This document shows, piece after piece, positions 9,836 through 18,463 of a DNA stretch of 64,000 nucleotides; positions within the stretch are counted from its first letter, which is position 1, and every line of letters begins with the position of its first letter. Origin of the DNA: Holophagales bacterium (GTDB lineage: Bacteria > Acidobacteriota > Thermoanaerobaculia > Multivoradales > Multivoraceae). Below the pieces are notes generated by a model that was not told the origin of the DNA, ran no database searches, and was given only the letters and a program-made list of their open reading frames with translations. The DNA is taken from NCBI GenBank assembly GCA_009836625.1, contig VXVC01000004.1:641037-705036 (forward strand), read 5' to 3'. The position numbers were made by a program, and so were the translations under genes.

Positions 9836-9857
9836 CCCGTTCCCGCTCCATACACTC

Positions 9858-11639
9858 GTGACGATGCCGCCGACACCCCGCGCGCTCGTCACGGTCCTGA
9901 TCAGTACGGTCGGAGTCCTCAACTGCGCCGGAGAGCCACGGATCAACCGCGTCGCGGAACCAGTGACTTCGGGAAGCCCGTCGCGCCCGACCGAACCCGT
10001 CGCCTTTGACGACCGAGCCGCCGAGGTCGGTCTCGCCTTCCAGCACCGGAACGGCGGCCGCGGCCGCTACCTGCTGCCCGAGATCATGGGCTCGGGCGCG
10101 GCGCTCTTCGACGCCGACGGCGACGGCGATCTCGACGCCTACCTGGTCCAGGGAGGCGAGCTGGAGCCGGGCGCCGGCGCGGCCGGGTCCCCCGCCCGTG
10201 ACCGCCTGTTTCGCAACGACCTTCTCGAAACCGGCGAACTACGCTTCGTCGACGCGACCGAGGACTCCGGCCTCTCGTCGACCGGCTACGGCATGGGCGT
10301 CGCCGCCGGGGACTTCGACGGAGACGGCCGGGTCGATCTCTACGTGACCAACCTGGGCCCCAACCGGCTCTGGCGGAACGTCGGCAACGGCCGCTTCGAG
10401 GACGTGACGGAGGTCGCCGAAGCGGACGATCCCAGGTGGAGCGTTCCGGCCGCCTTCTTCGACTACGACGGCGACGACATGCTCGACCTGTTCGTCGCCA
10501 ACTACGTCGACTTCAACCTCGGCAGCCACACGCTCTGCACCTTCGGCAGCGGCGAGCCGGACTACTGCAGCCCGAAGACCTACCGCGCCGAGCCGGACCG
10601 CCTGTTCCGCAACCTCGGCGACGGACGGTTCGAGCAGACGACGGACCGCGCCGGCCTCGCCACACAGTTCGGCAACGGCCTCGGTGCGGTGCCGGCCGAC
10701 CTCGACCTCGACGGCAGGCTCGATCTCTACGTCGCCAACGACGGCACACCAAATCAGATGTGGATGAACCGCGGTGGCGGCCGCTTCGAGAACCGGGCCC
10801 TGTTCGGCGGCTCGGCGGTCAATCGCCGCGGCGAGGCCGAGGCGGGCATGGGTGTCGACGCCGGTGACCTGGACGGGGACGGCGACGAGGATCTCTACGT
10901 GACCCACATCACGGGAGAGACGAGCACCCTCTACCTGAACGACGGCGACGGCCTGTTCACCGATGCCGGCTTGCCCGCCGGCCTTGATGTGCCCAGCCTG
11001 CCGATGACCGGCTTCGGCACTGGCTGGTTCGATTTCGACAACGACGGCGACCTCGACCTGCTGGCGGTGAACGGCGCCGTGCGGCGCCTGGACCGCGCCC
11101 GCTCAGGCGACGCGGCAGCCGCGCGCGCGGCCGCAGGCAGCGACCACGAACGCCGCTTCGGTCAACCGAACCAGCTCTTCCGCAACCTGGGCGACGGCCG
11201 CTTCGAAGACGCGTCCTCGCTCGGAGGACCGGCCTTCGCGGCCTATGAGGTCTCCCGTGGAGCCGCCTTCGGCGACGTCGACAACGACGGAGACACCGAC
11301 GTTCTCATCACGAACAACAACGGACCGGCGCGGCTGCTGCTCAATCTGATCGGCCAGGACAGCGGCTGGATCGGCCTCCGTCTGGTCACTTCGGACGGCA
11401 AGCGGGACGCCGTCGGAAGCCTGGCCCGGGTGCGACTCACCGACGGCCGCACGATCACGCGCCGGGTCCGCGCGGCGATGAGCTACGCCTCGTCAAGCGA
11501 TCCGAGGGTGCTTATCGGGCTCGGGTTCGCGGAAGTCGAAGACATCCGCGTCGACTGGCGCGGCGGCGCCGGAGAGTCCTTCGGCGCGCTGTCGCCGCAC
11601 GCCTACCATGAAGTCCGCCAGGGAGAGAGCCGACAATGA
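9858..11639 (+). CDS. CRTAC1-family protein (FG-GAP/VCBS repeats + C-terminal ASPIC/UnbV domain), lipoprotein
   Basis: Repeated FDxDGDGxxDLYVxN calcium-binding beta-propeller motifs (FDADGDGDLDAYL, GDFDGDGRVDLYVTN, DLDLDGRLDLYVAND, FDFDNDGDLDLLAVNG), a C-terminal UnbV-like segment and an N-terminal lipobox (LNCAG). A GTG start is assumed. Confidence 0.75.
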   Translation: MTMPPTPRALVTVLISTVGVLNCAGEPRINRVAEPVTSGSPSRPTEPVAFDDRAAEVGLAFQHRNGGRGRYLLPEIMGSGAALFDADGDGDLDAYLVQGGELEPGAGAAGSPARDRLFRNDLLETGELRFVDATEDSGLSSTGYGMGVAAGDFDGDGRVDLYVTNLGPNRLWRNVGNGRFEDVTEVAEADDPRWSVPAAFFDYDGDDMLDLFVANYVDFNLGSHTLCTFGSGEPDYCSPKTYRAEPDRLFRNLGDGRFEQTTDRAGLATQFGNGLGAVPADLDLDGRLDLYVANDGTPNQMWMNRGGGRFENRALFGGSAVNRRGEAEAGMGVDAGDLDGDGDEDLYVTHITGETSTLYLNDGDGLFTDAGLPAGLDVPSLPMTGFGTGWFDFDNDGDLDLLAVNGAVRRLDRARSGDAAAARAAAGSDHERRFGQPNQLFRNLGDGRFEDASSLGGPAFAAYEVSRGAAFGDVDNDGDTDVLITNNNGPARLLLNLIGQDSGWIGLRLVTSDGKRDAVGSLARVRLTDGRTITRRVRAAMSYASSSDPRVLIGLGFAEVEDIRVDWRGGAGESFGALSPHAYHEVRQGESRQ

Positions 11640-13372
11640 ACCGTCGCTGGTTTGCGGGCGCTCTGCTCGCCCTCCTCGCGTGCGGCGCCGCCGAGCGCCT
11701 GCCGCTCCCTTCCCGCTACGAGGCCCACGATCCGGCGGTCCGCGGCCAGATCGGCAGCCTGGAGCGCCGGGTTCGCTCGCTCGAGGACGCCGGCACAGCC
11801 GGCCCAGAGCTGGCGGCCGCGGTCGGCGAACTCGGCAAGCTCTACCACGGCGTGCAACTGCTGGACAGCCACGCCTTCACCGCGCTTGAGGCGGCCGAAG
11901 CCTGCTACCGGGAAGCGCGGCGACTTGACCCATCCGACCATCGCTGGCCCTACCTACACGGTTTCGCCGAGGACGCCCGTGGCGACCACGATGCGGCGGC
12001 GGACTCGTACCGCGCAGCACTGGCGATCGAACCCGACCTCGTGCCTGCGATCCACCGCCTCGCCCAATCGGAGGTTGAGCGCGGCCGGCCCGACGAAGCG
12101 GCCGCGCTGTGGAACCGTGCGCTGGCACTGCAGCCCGAGTTCCCGCCCGCCCTCTACGGGCTGGGAACGCTCGCTCTGGAGCGCGGCGACACGGAGAGCG
12201 CGACCGACTACCTCGAGCGCGCAGTCGCCGCCGAACCGGGAGCCGGCCGCGGACACTACTCCCTCGCCATGGCCTGGCGCCGCCTCGGCGATGAAGACCG
12301 TGCGGCCCGGCACTTCGCGCAGGCAAGCCACACCGACTTCCCGTTCGACGACCCTCTGGTCCGGGAACTCGCCTACCTGCCGACCGGCAGCGCCGCCCTG
12401 GTCCAACAAGGCCTGATTGCGGTACAGGCCGGCGAGTTCGGCGCGGCGGCGACCGTCTTCAGCCGTGCGATCGAGGCGGATCCAACGAACCTCGAGGCGC
12501 GCAAGCACCAGGCGCTGGCGCACGTCGACGCTGGGCAGTTCGAGCAGGCCGAAGCCGCCTACGAAGAACTCCTGGCGCTCGACCCCGACCAGGCGCATGC
12601 GCACTTCGAGTTCGCTCAACTCCTGGCCAACCGCGGCCAGACGACCGAGGCGATCAGGCACCTGACCCGGGCGGCCGAGCTGGCTCCCGACTACAAGCAG
12701 GCGCACTACCAGCTCGCACTCCTCCTCGACCGAGCGGCCCGTCCCGCAGAAGCGCTGGAGCACTACGACCGTGTACTGGCGCTCGACCCCGACTACGCCG
12801 AGGCCAGGACGCGGCGCGCCACCGCGCTCGCATCGTCGGGACGGCCGGCGGAAGCGCTTGAGATCCTGCGCACCCGAGTCGCCAACGCTCCCGGGGACGC
12901 CGCCGCCGTGCAGGCGCTAGGCGTCGTGCTCCGGCAGCAGAACCGGCTGGGAGAAGCTCGAATCGCCCTGGAGAGGAGTCTCGGCTCCGCACAATTCACT
13001 GCCGACGACGAAGCCAGGTTGCGCACCGAACTCGGTGGCATCCTGGCCATCGAAGGACGTCTGACGGACGCAGCCCGTGAACTCCGAACGGCTCAGCAGC
13101 TCAATCCGACCGACCCGCAAACCAGCTTCGTCCTCGGCATGGTCCTCCTCGACTTGCGCCGCCCCGAGGAGGCCGCTCGCGCCTTCGCCGCCGCCCTCGC
13201 CGTCCGTCCCGACCTCACATTGGCGCGCCTTCGCCTGGCCGCCATCCTGGCTCAGACCGACCGCTGCGAGGAAGCCCTGGCCCTTCTCGACGATGGCCGC
13301 CGCTTCGCCGCGAACGATCCGGTCTTCGTCCAGGCATCGCGGCAACTGCGCGCCGCGTGCGCGAACGGCTAG
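11636..13372 (+). CDS. TPR-repeat lipoprotein
   Basis: Signal peptide plus lipobox (LLACG). The remainder is degenerate 34-aa TPR repeats (A..Y..AL.L.P....A...LG...). The ATG overlaps the stop of the upstream CRTAC1 gene (ATGA). Confidence 0.75.
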   Translation: MNRRWFAGALLALLACGAAERLPLPSRYEAHDPAVRGQIGSLERRVRSLEDAGTAGPELAAAVGELGKLYHGVQLLDSHAFTALEAAEACYREARRLDPSDHRWPYLHGFAEDARGDHDAAADSYRAALAIEPDLVPAIHRLAQSEVERGRPDEAAALWNRALALQPEFPPALYGLGTLALERGDTESATDYLERAVAAEPGAGRGHYSLAMAWRRLGDEDRAARHFAQASHTDFPFDDPLVRELAYLPTGSAALVQQGLIAVQAGEFGAAATVFSRAIEADPTNLEARKHQALAHVDAGQFEQAEAAYEELLALDPDQAHAHFEFAQLLANRGQTTEAIRHLTRAAELAPDYKQAHYQLALLLDRAARPAEALEHYDRVLALDPDYAEARTRRATALASSGRPAEALEILRTRVANAPGDAAAVQALGVVLRQQNRLGEARIALERSLGSAQFTADDEARLRTELGGILAIEGRLTDAARELRTAQQLNPTDPQTSFVLGMVLLDLRRPEEAARAFAAALAVRPDLTLARLRLAAILAQTDRCEEALALLDDGRRFAANDPVFVQASRQLRAACANG

Positions 13373-14266
13373 CTACCCGAAGACGATCGCGCGGTTGTCG
13401 ACGACGAGGACGCGGTGCTCCAGGTGGGCCTGGACGGCGCGGGCGAGGACGACGCGTTCCAGGTCCCTGCCGCGACGCACCAGGGTGGTCACCGAGTCGC
13501 GGTGGCTCACCCGCGTCACGTCCTGTTCGATGATCGGTCCCTGGTCGAGCTCCGCCGTCGCGTAGTGCGCAGTGGCGCCGACGACCTTGACGCCGCGCAG
13601 GTAGGCCTGGCGGTAGGGACTGCCTCCGGGAAACGCCGGCAGGAACGAGTGGTGGATGTTGATCACCCGGTTCGGGAAGCACTCCAGGAAGCGCGGCGTG
13701 AGGATCTGCATGTAGCGGGCCAGCACGACGAGGTCGACCCGCGCCTCCTCGAGGATCTGGATCATCCGCTCTTCCTGCTCGCTGCGTGTCTCCGGCGTCA
13801 CCGGCAGGTGGTGGTACGGCAGCCCGTTGTACTCCGCCTCAGCCGCGTGGTCGGGATGGTTGCTGATGATGCAGACCGGGCGCCCGGGGAGCTCACCCAG
13901 CCGCCAGCGGGACAACAGGTCGTGCAGGCAGTGAGCCGGCTTCGACGCCAGCACGCCCACCCGCTGTTCCTGGTCCGAGAACGCGATGCGGCTCCTGACC
14001 GAGAAGTGGTCGCCGATTGCCCATTCGAGCAGCGGCCTGATCGTCTCCCGGTCCAGATCGAAGTGGTCGACCTCGAACTCGAGCCGCTGGAAGAACTTGC
14101 CGAGTTCCTCGTCCCGGTGGGTCTCGGACGAGCAGATGATGCCTCCGTGCTCGTTGACGAAGCCCGTGACGGTCGCGATGATGCCGATCGCGTCGTCGCA
14201 ACTCAGCAGCAGGGTCGCCGTAACGTCGTGCGACACTGTCCGCGCGCCATGCCTGTGTTCGACCAA
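13373..14266 (-). CDS. purU: Formyltetrahydrofolate deformylase
   Basis: N-terminal ACT-like segment (TATLLLSCDDAIGIIATVTGFV). The formyltransferase core matches PurU over its length (ISNHPD, INIHHSFLPAFPG, GATAHYATAELDQGPII). The start appears to be a non-ATG codon (TTG) as listed in the ORF track. Confidence 0.85.
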   Translation of the reverse strand: MVEHRHGARTVSHDVTATLLLSCDDAIGIIATVTGFVNEHGGIICSSETHRDEELGKFFQRLEFEVDHFDLDRETIRPLLEWAIGDHFSVRSRIAFSDQEQRVGVLASKPAHCLHDLLSRWRLGELPGRPVCIISNHPDHAAEAEYNGLPYHHLPVTPETRSEQEERMIQILEEARVDLVVLARYMQILTPRFLECFPNRVINIHHSFLPAFPGGSPYRQAYLRGVKVVGATAHYATAELDQGPIIEQDVTRVSHRDSVTTLVRRGRDLERVVLARAVQAHLEHRVLVVDNRAIVFG

Positions 14267-14305
14267 GAGGCCGGAAGTCTAACGCCGCGATAGGATCGCC
14301 ACACC

Positions 14306-16630
14306 ATGCCAGCAACGGCGCAGTCCGGGCGGTCCGCCGCCGGCACGGGCCTGTTCCTCTTGACCCTTGTCTCAGCGGTCGCCTCCGGCCAGACCGCCCA
14401 GACACCGGCCGACGGCATCAAGCTGTTCGAGGAGAACGTCCGGCCCGTTCTGGAGAAGAACTGCTACATGTGCCACTCGGACCCGGAACGGGCCGAGAAC
14501 GGTTTCCTGTTGACGACGAGGGCCGGACTCCTGCGCGGGGGCGAACGGGGACCGGCGATCTCCACCTCCGAGCCCGCCCTGAGCCTGCTCCTCCACGCGG
14601 TCGGGTACGACGACGAGCAGTTGCAGATGCCGCCCTCGGGCCGGCTGGCCGAGGCGGACCTCGAGGTCATCCGGCAGTGGGTGCTTCTCGGCGCACCGTT
14701 CGGCGGCGATGAGGACGAACTCACGGAAGTCGCACCAGCCGAGGACGCGTTCGAGATCACCGACGCCGACCGGGCATGGTGGTCCGTGCGGCCGCTCGGG
14801 CGCCCGGACGTCCCCGCCGTCGCGGACCCGGACTGGCCGCTCAACCCGATCGACAACTTCCTGCTCGCCAGGATCGAGGCGGCCGGCCTCGAACCTCCGC
14901 CGACGGCCGACCGGCGCACTCTGATCCGGCGCGCGAGCTACGACCTGACCGGGCTGCCGCCGACGCTCGAGGAGGTCGAGGCCTTCGAGCAGGACCGGCG
15001 TCCCGACGCCTGGGAACGCCTGATCGACCGCCTGCTGGCGTCGCCCCACTACGGCGAGCGTTGGGGCCGGCACTGGCTCGATCTCGTCCGCTACGCGGAG
15101 ACGGACGGCTACGAACGCGACCGCAAGAAGCCCTCCGCCTGGCGCTACCGCGACTGGGTGATCGGCGCGCTGAACGCGGACATGCCGTACGACGAGTTCC
15201 TGACCCACCAGCTCGCCGGCGACGAACTCGACAACCCGACCGCCGCATCGGTCATCGCCACCGGCTACCTGCGGCTCGGCATCTGGGACGACGAGCCGAC
15301 CGACACGGAACTGGCCCAGTACGACGACCTCGACTCGGTTCTCGACACGACGTCCCGGGTCATGCTCGGCATGTCGATCGGCTGCGCCCGCTGCCACAAC
15401 CATCGCGGCGACCCGATCCCGCAGACCGACTACTACCGGATGCTGTCGTTCTTCCGCGGCATCGCGCCCTACAAGGTCGGCGGCGGCAACGAGCCGACTC
15501 CGGAGAACTACACGGACTGGATCCCGGCCGATCTCGGAACAGCGGACGCCGGCGGCCCGCCCGAGGAAGGTCCGCCCGCGAACCTGATCGAAGTGCTGCG
15601 CGTGAAGGAGCTCGGTCCGGAAGCGCCGCCGACCCACGTCCTGATCCGCGGCAATCCGCATGCGCCGGCCGAACGGGTCGAGCCGGGATTCCCGCTCATC
15701 CTCGGCAACGCCGACACCGGACTCGAATCCCCCGGCCCCGACTCGCCGACGACCGGCCGTCGACTCGCCCTGGCGCGCTGGATTGCCGGCGACGGCAACC
15801 TGCGCACGTCCCGGGTGATGGCGAACCGCCTTTGGCAATACCACTTCGGCCGCGGCCTTTCGCCCACGCCCAACGATCTGGGCCGCTTCGGTCAGGAGGC
15901 AACGCACCCGGAACTCCTCGACTGGCTGGCGACGGAGTTCACGGCGCGGGACTGGAGCCTGAAGTCGATGCACCGGCTGCTCATGACCAGCCGCGCCTAC
16001 CGGATGTCGTCGCGGCCGCCGGAGAACGCGCTGCAAGTCGATCCGGGCAACGACCTGTTCAGCCGCTTCAACATGAGGCGTCTGGCGGCCGAGGAGATTC
16101 GGGACTCGGTCCTGGCCGCGACCGGCACGCTGAACCTCGAAATCGGCGGCCCGAGCGTCTACCCGCCGATGCCGGCGGAGGTGCTGGCCACGGCGTCCCA
16201 GCCCGACAAGGCCTGGGGCGAGGCAACCCCCGACGAGGCGGCGCGGCGAAGCATCTACATCCACGTCAAGCGCTCCCTGCTGCACCCGCTGCTGGAGAGT
16301 CTCGACCTGGCCGACACCGACTCGACCTGCCCCGTCCGCTTTACGACGACCCAGCCGACGCAGGCGCTGATGATGCTGAACGGCGACTTCATGAGCGAGC
16401 AGGCCAGGGCGCTCACGGCGCGGATCGACGGCCCGGACGGTACGGTCGAAGATCGCGTGACCGAGGCGCTCGAGGCCGTGCTGGCGAGACGGGCCGATCC
16501 GGTCGAAGTCGCCCGAGGCGTCGGCCTGATCGAGGAGTTGCAACGGGAGGAGGGCTTCGAAGCCGACGCGGCATTTGCCAGTTACTCCCTTCTGTTGTTG
16601 AATCTGAACGAGTTCGTCTATCTGGACTAG
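14306..16630 (+). CDS. DUF1549/DUF1553 protein with N-terminal planctomycete-cytochrome-C-like domain (PSCyt1, one CxxCH), secreted
   Basis: Signal peptide. NCYMCHSDPERAENGFLLTT is the PSCyt1-type single heme-binding motif. The long remainder resembles the DUF1549/DUF1553 architecture that is always paired with a DUF1501 partner. Confidence 0.7.
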   Translation: MPATAQSGRSAAGTGLFLLTLVSAVASGQTAQTPADGIKLFEENVRPVLEKNCYMCHSDPERAENGFLLTTRAGLLRGGERGPAISTSEPALSLLLHAVGYDDEQLQMPPSGRLAEADLEVIRQWVLLGAPFGGDEDELTEVAPAEDAFEITDADRAWWSVRPLGRPDVPAVADPDWPLNPIDNFLLARIEAAGLEPPPTADRRTLIRRASYDLTGLPPTLEEVEAFEQDRRPDAWERLIDRLLASPHYGERWGRHWLDLVRYAETDGYERDRKKPSAWRYRDWVIGALNADMPYDEFLTHQLAGDELDNPTAASVIATGYLRLGIWDDEPTDTELAQYDDLDSVLDTTSRVMLGMSIGCARCHNHRGDPIPQTDYYRMLSFFRGIAPYKVGGGNEPTPENYTDWIPADLGTADAGGPPEEGPPANLIEVLRVKELGPEAPPTHVLIRGNPHAPAERVEPGFPLILGNADTGLESPGPDSPTTGRRLALARWIAGDGNLRTSRVMANRLWQYHFGRGLSPTPNDLGRFGQEATHPELLDWLATEFTARDWSLKSMHRLLMTSRAYRMSSRPPENALQVDPGNDLFSRFNMRRLAAEEIRDSVLAATGTLNLEIGGPSVYPPMPAEVLATASQPDKAWGEATPDEAARRSIYIHVKRSLLHPLLESLDLADTDSTCPVRFTTTQPTQALMMLNGDFMSEQARALTARIDGPDGTVEDRVTEALEAVLARRADPVEVARGVGLIEELQREEGFEADAAFASYSLLLLNLNEFVYLD

Positions 16631-16659
16631 GAAACCGGCCTCGACTGAGGAGCGGAACG

Positions 16660-18138
16660 ATGACCTACGACCCTGAACGTCCCCGCAACACCTTCTGCGG
16701 CCGCACCCGGCGCGAGTTCCTCTGGGAAGCCGGTGGCGCCTTCACCTCCGTCGCCCTTGCCGGCATGCTGAGCACCGACGACTTCCTCGGTGCGCAGACC
16801 GTCGCCGCCGACGGCGTGACCGCGTGGAAGAACCCGCTCGCCGCCAAACCGCCCCACTTCGACGGTCCGGCCAAGGCCGTCATCTTCCTGTTCATGTACG
16901 GCGGACCGAGCCAGGTCGACACCTTCGACTACAAGCCCGATCTCTACCCACTCGACGGCAAGACGATCGAGATCAACACGAAGGGCCGCGGCGGCACGCG
17001 CAACCAGGGCCGCGTCGTCGGGCCGAAATGGCGGTTCAAGCAGTACGGGGAATGCGGCAAGTGGGTCTCCGACCTGTTCCCGCACCTCGGCGGCTGCGTG
17101 GACGACATCGCCTTCATCCACTCGATGACCGCGGACGCGCCGCTCCACGGCTCGGCCATGCTGCAGATGAACAGCGGCCGCATCCTCTCCGGCAGCCCGG
17201 CGCTGGGTTCCTGGGTGAACTACGGCCTCGGCACCGAGAACGAGAACCTGCCCGGCTTCGTCGTCATGCTCGACCCGACCGGTGGGCCGATCAGCGGCGC
17301 CAAGAACTGGTCGAGCGGCTACATGCCGGCCAGCTACCAGGGCACCGTGATCCGCTCGAGCGGCACGCCGATCCTGTCCCTCGACCCGCCGCCCGGAATG
17401 TCGCGCCAGGCGCAGCGCCGGCTGCTCGACCGCCTGCGGGAGTACAACGAGGAACACGCCCAGCCGCGCTCCGAGAACAGCGAGCTGGCCGCCCGCATCG
17501 CCAGCTACGAGCTGGCCTACCGGATGCAACAGCATGCTCCGGAAGCGGTCGAACTCTCCGGCGAGTCGGAGGAGACCCGCCGCCTCTACGGCCTGGACCA
17601 GGATCGCACGAAGGAATTCGGCCGTCGCTGCCTGCTGGCGCGACGCCTGGTCGAACGCGGCGTCCGGTTCATCCAGGTCTACTCGGGCGGCAACCACAAC
17701 GACCACAACTGGGACGCCCACGGCGATCTGGTCAAGAACCACGAGTACCACGCCGGCGGCACCGACAGGCCGATCGCCGGCCTGCTGCGCGACCTGAAGC
17801 AGCGCGGCCTGCTCGACAGCACGCTGGTCATCTGGGGCGGCGAGTTCGGGCGCCAGCCCACGGCCGAGTACGCCGAGGGCACCGGCCGCGACCACAACGC
17901 CTACGGCTTCACGATGTGGATGGCCGGCGGCGGGATCAAGGGCGGCGCCAGCGTCGGCGAGACGGACGAGCTCGGCAACCGGGCCGAGGTCGACCGCTTC
18001 CATGTCAAGAACCTCCACGCCACGGTGCTCCAGCAACTGGGCCTCGACCCGAACGCGCTGTCGTACTTCCACGCCGGCCTCGACCAGAAGCTGGTCGGCG
18101 TCGAGGGCGCGGAACCGATCCACCAGATCGTCGCCTGA
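16660..18138 (+). CDS. DUF1501 protein (sulfatase/alkaline-phosphatase-like fold) with a Tat signal
   Basis: Twin-arginine motif TRREFLWEAGGAFTSVALAG at the N-terminus. Conserved DUF1501 blocks are present (FMYGGPSQVDTFDYKP, GGEFGRQP, DHN). RBS GAGGAG lies 8 nt upstream. The real start is internal to the long six-frame ORF 14776-18138. Confidence 0.75.
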   Translation: MTYDPERPRNTFCGRTRREFLWEAGGAFTSVALAGMLSTDDFLGAQTVAADGVTAWKNPLAAKPPHFDGPAKAVIFLFMYGGPSQVDTFDYKPDLYPLDGKTIEINTKGRGGTRNQGRVVGPKWRFKQYGECGKWVSDLFPHLGGCVDDIAFIHSMTADAPLHGSAMLQMNSGRILSGSPALGSWVNYGLGTENENLPGFVVMLDPTGGPISGAKNWSSGYMPASYQGTVIRSSGTPILSLDPPPGMSRQAQRRLLDRLREYNEEHAQPRSENSELAARIASYELAYRMQQHAPEAVELSGESEETRRLYGLDQDRTKEFGRRCLLARRLVERGVRFIQVYSGGNHNDHNWDAHGDLVKNHEYHAGGTDRPIAGLLRDLKQRGLLDSTLVIWGGEFGRQPTAEYAEGTGRDHNAYGFTMWMAGGGIKGGASVGETDELGNRAEVDRFHVKNLHATVLQQLGLDPNALSYFHAGLDQKLVGVEGAEPIHQIVA

Positions 18139-18165
18139 CGGCTGTTGCGTGTCGGTGCTCACCCG

Positions 18166-18342
18166 CCTGCCCGGGAAAGCGAGGGGAGCGTCGCCATCGG
18201 CCGCTCGCGCTTACGAAGAAGATGAAAGGTCGGCGCTCGCTTCGCTTCACTCGCTCCGGTTGGTCCGTGCTTTCTGGAGGGACGCCGGGCGTCGCTCGTT
18301 CAGAGCCCGCTGGACGACGCTCCCCTCGCTTTCCCGGACAGG
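18166..18342. repeat. Long inverted-repeat element: ~28-bp stem (23 bp perfect, CCGGGAAAGCGAGGGGAGCGTCG / CGACGCTCCCCTCGCTTTCCCGG) enclosing a ~121-nt loop, in a 325-nt intergenic gap
   Basis: Read directly: left arm 18166-18195, right arm 18312-18342, with one mismatch and one bulge outside the perfect core. The loop contains a short direct repeat CGCTTCG-CTTCAC. No ORF with protein-like composition is present. Confidence 0.6.
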
Positions 18343-18463
18343 CTGGAGGTCGTCGGACAGCGGGCGCGGCGGATCCGCTCTGATGAGATCGGTTGCCTTG
18401 CTTGGGGAGATCCGGAGTGGTTCGCCAAGGGAACGAGTGGCACCGAACTTGCGTTGACAACGA

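Noticed and set aside
14776-18138. 1120-aa ORF suggesting a fusion of DUF1553 and DUF1501.
   Set aside because: The 5' two-thirds lie in an alternative frame of the DUF1549/DUF1553 gene, which has its own stop at 16628-16630. The DUF1501 gene has its own RBS (GAGGAG), ATG (16660) and Tat signal. There are two genes, not one.
18139-18463. tRNA or other small RNA gene in the longest intergenic gap.
   Set aside because: No cloverleaf-compatible arrangement or GTTCRANYC T-loop motif is present. The nearest match, GTTCAGAGC, fails at the invariant A. The region is better explained by the inverted-repeat element.
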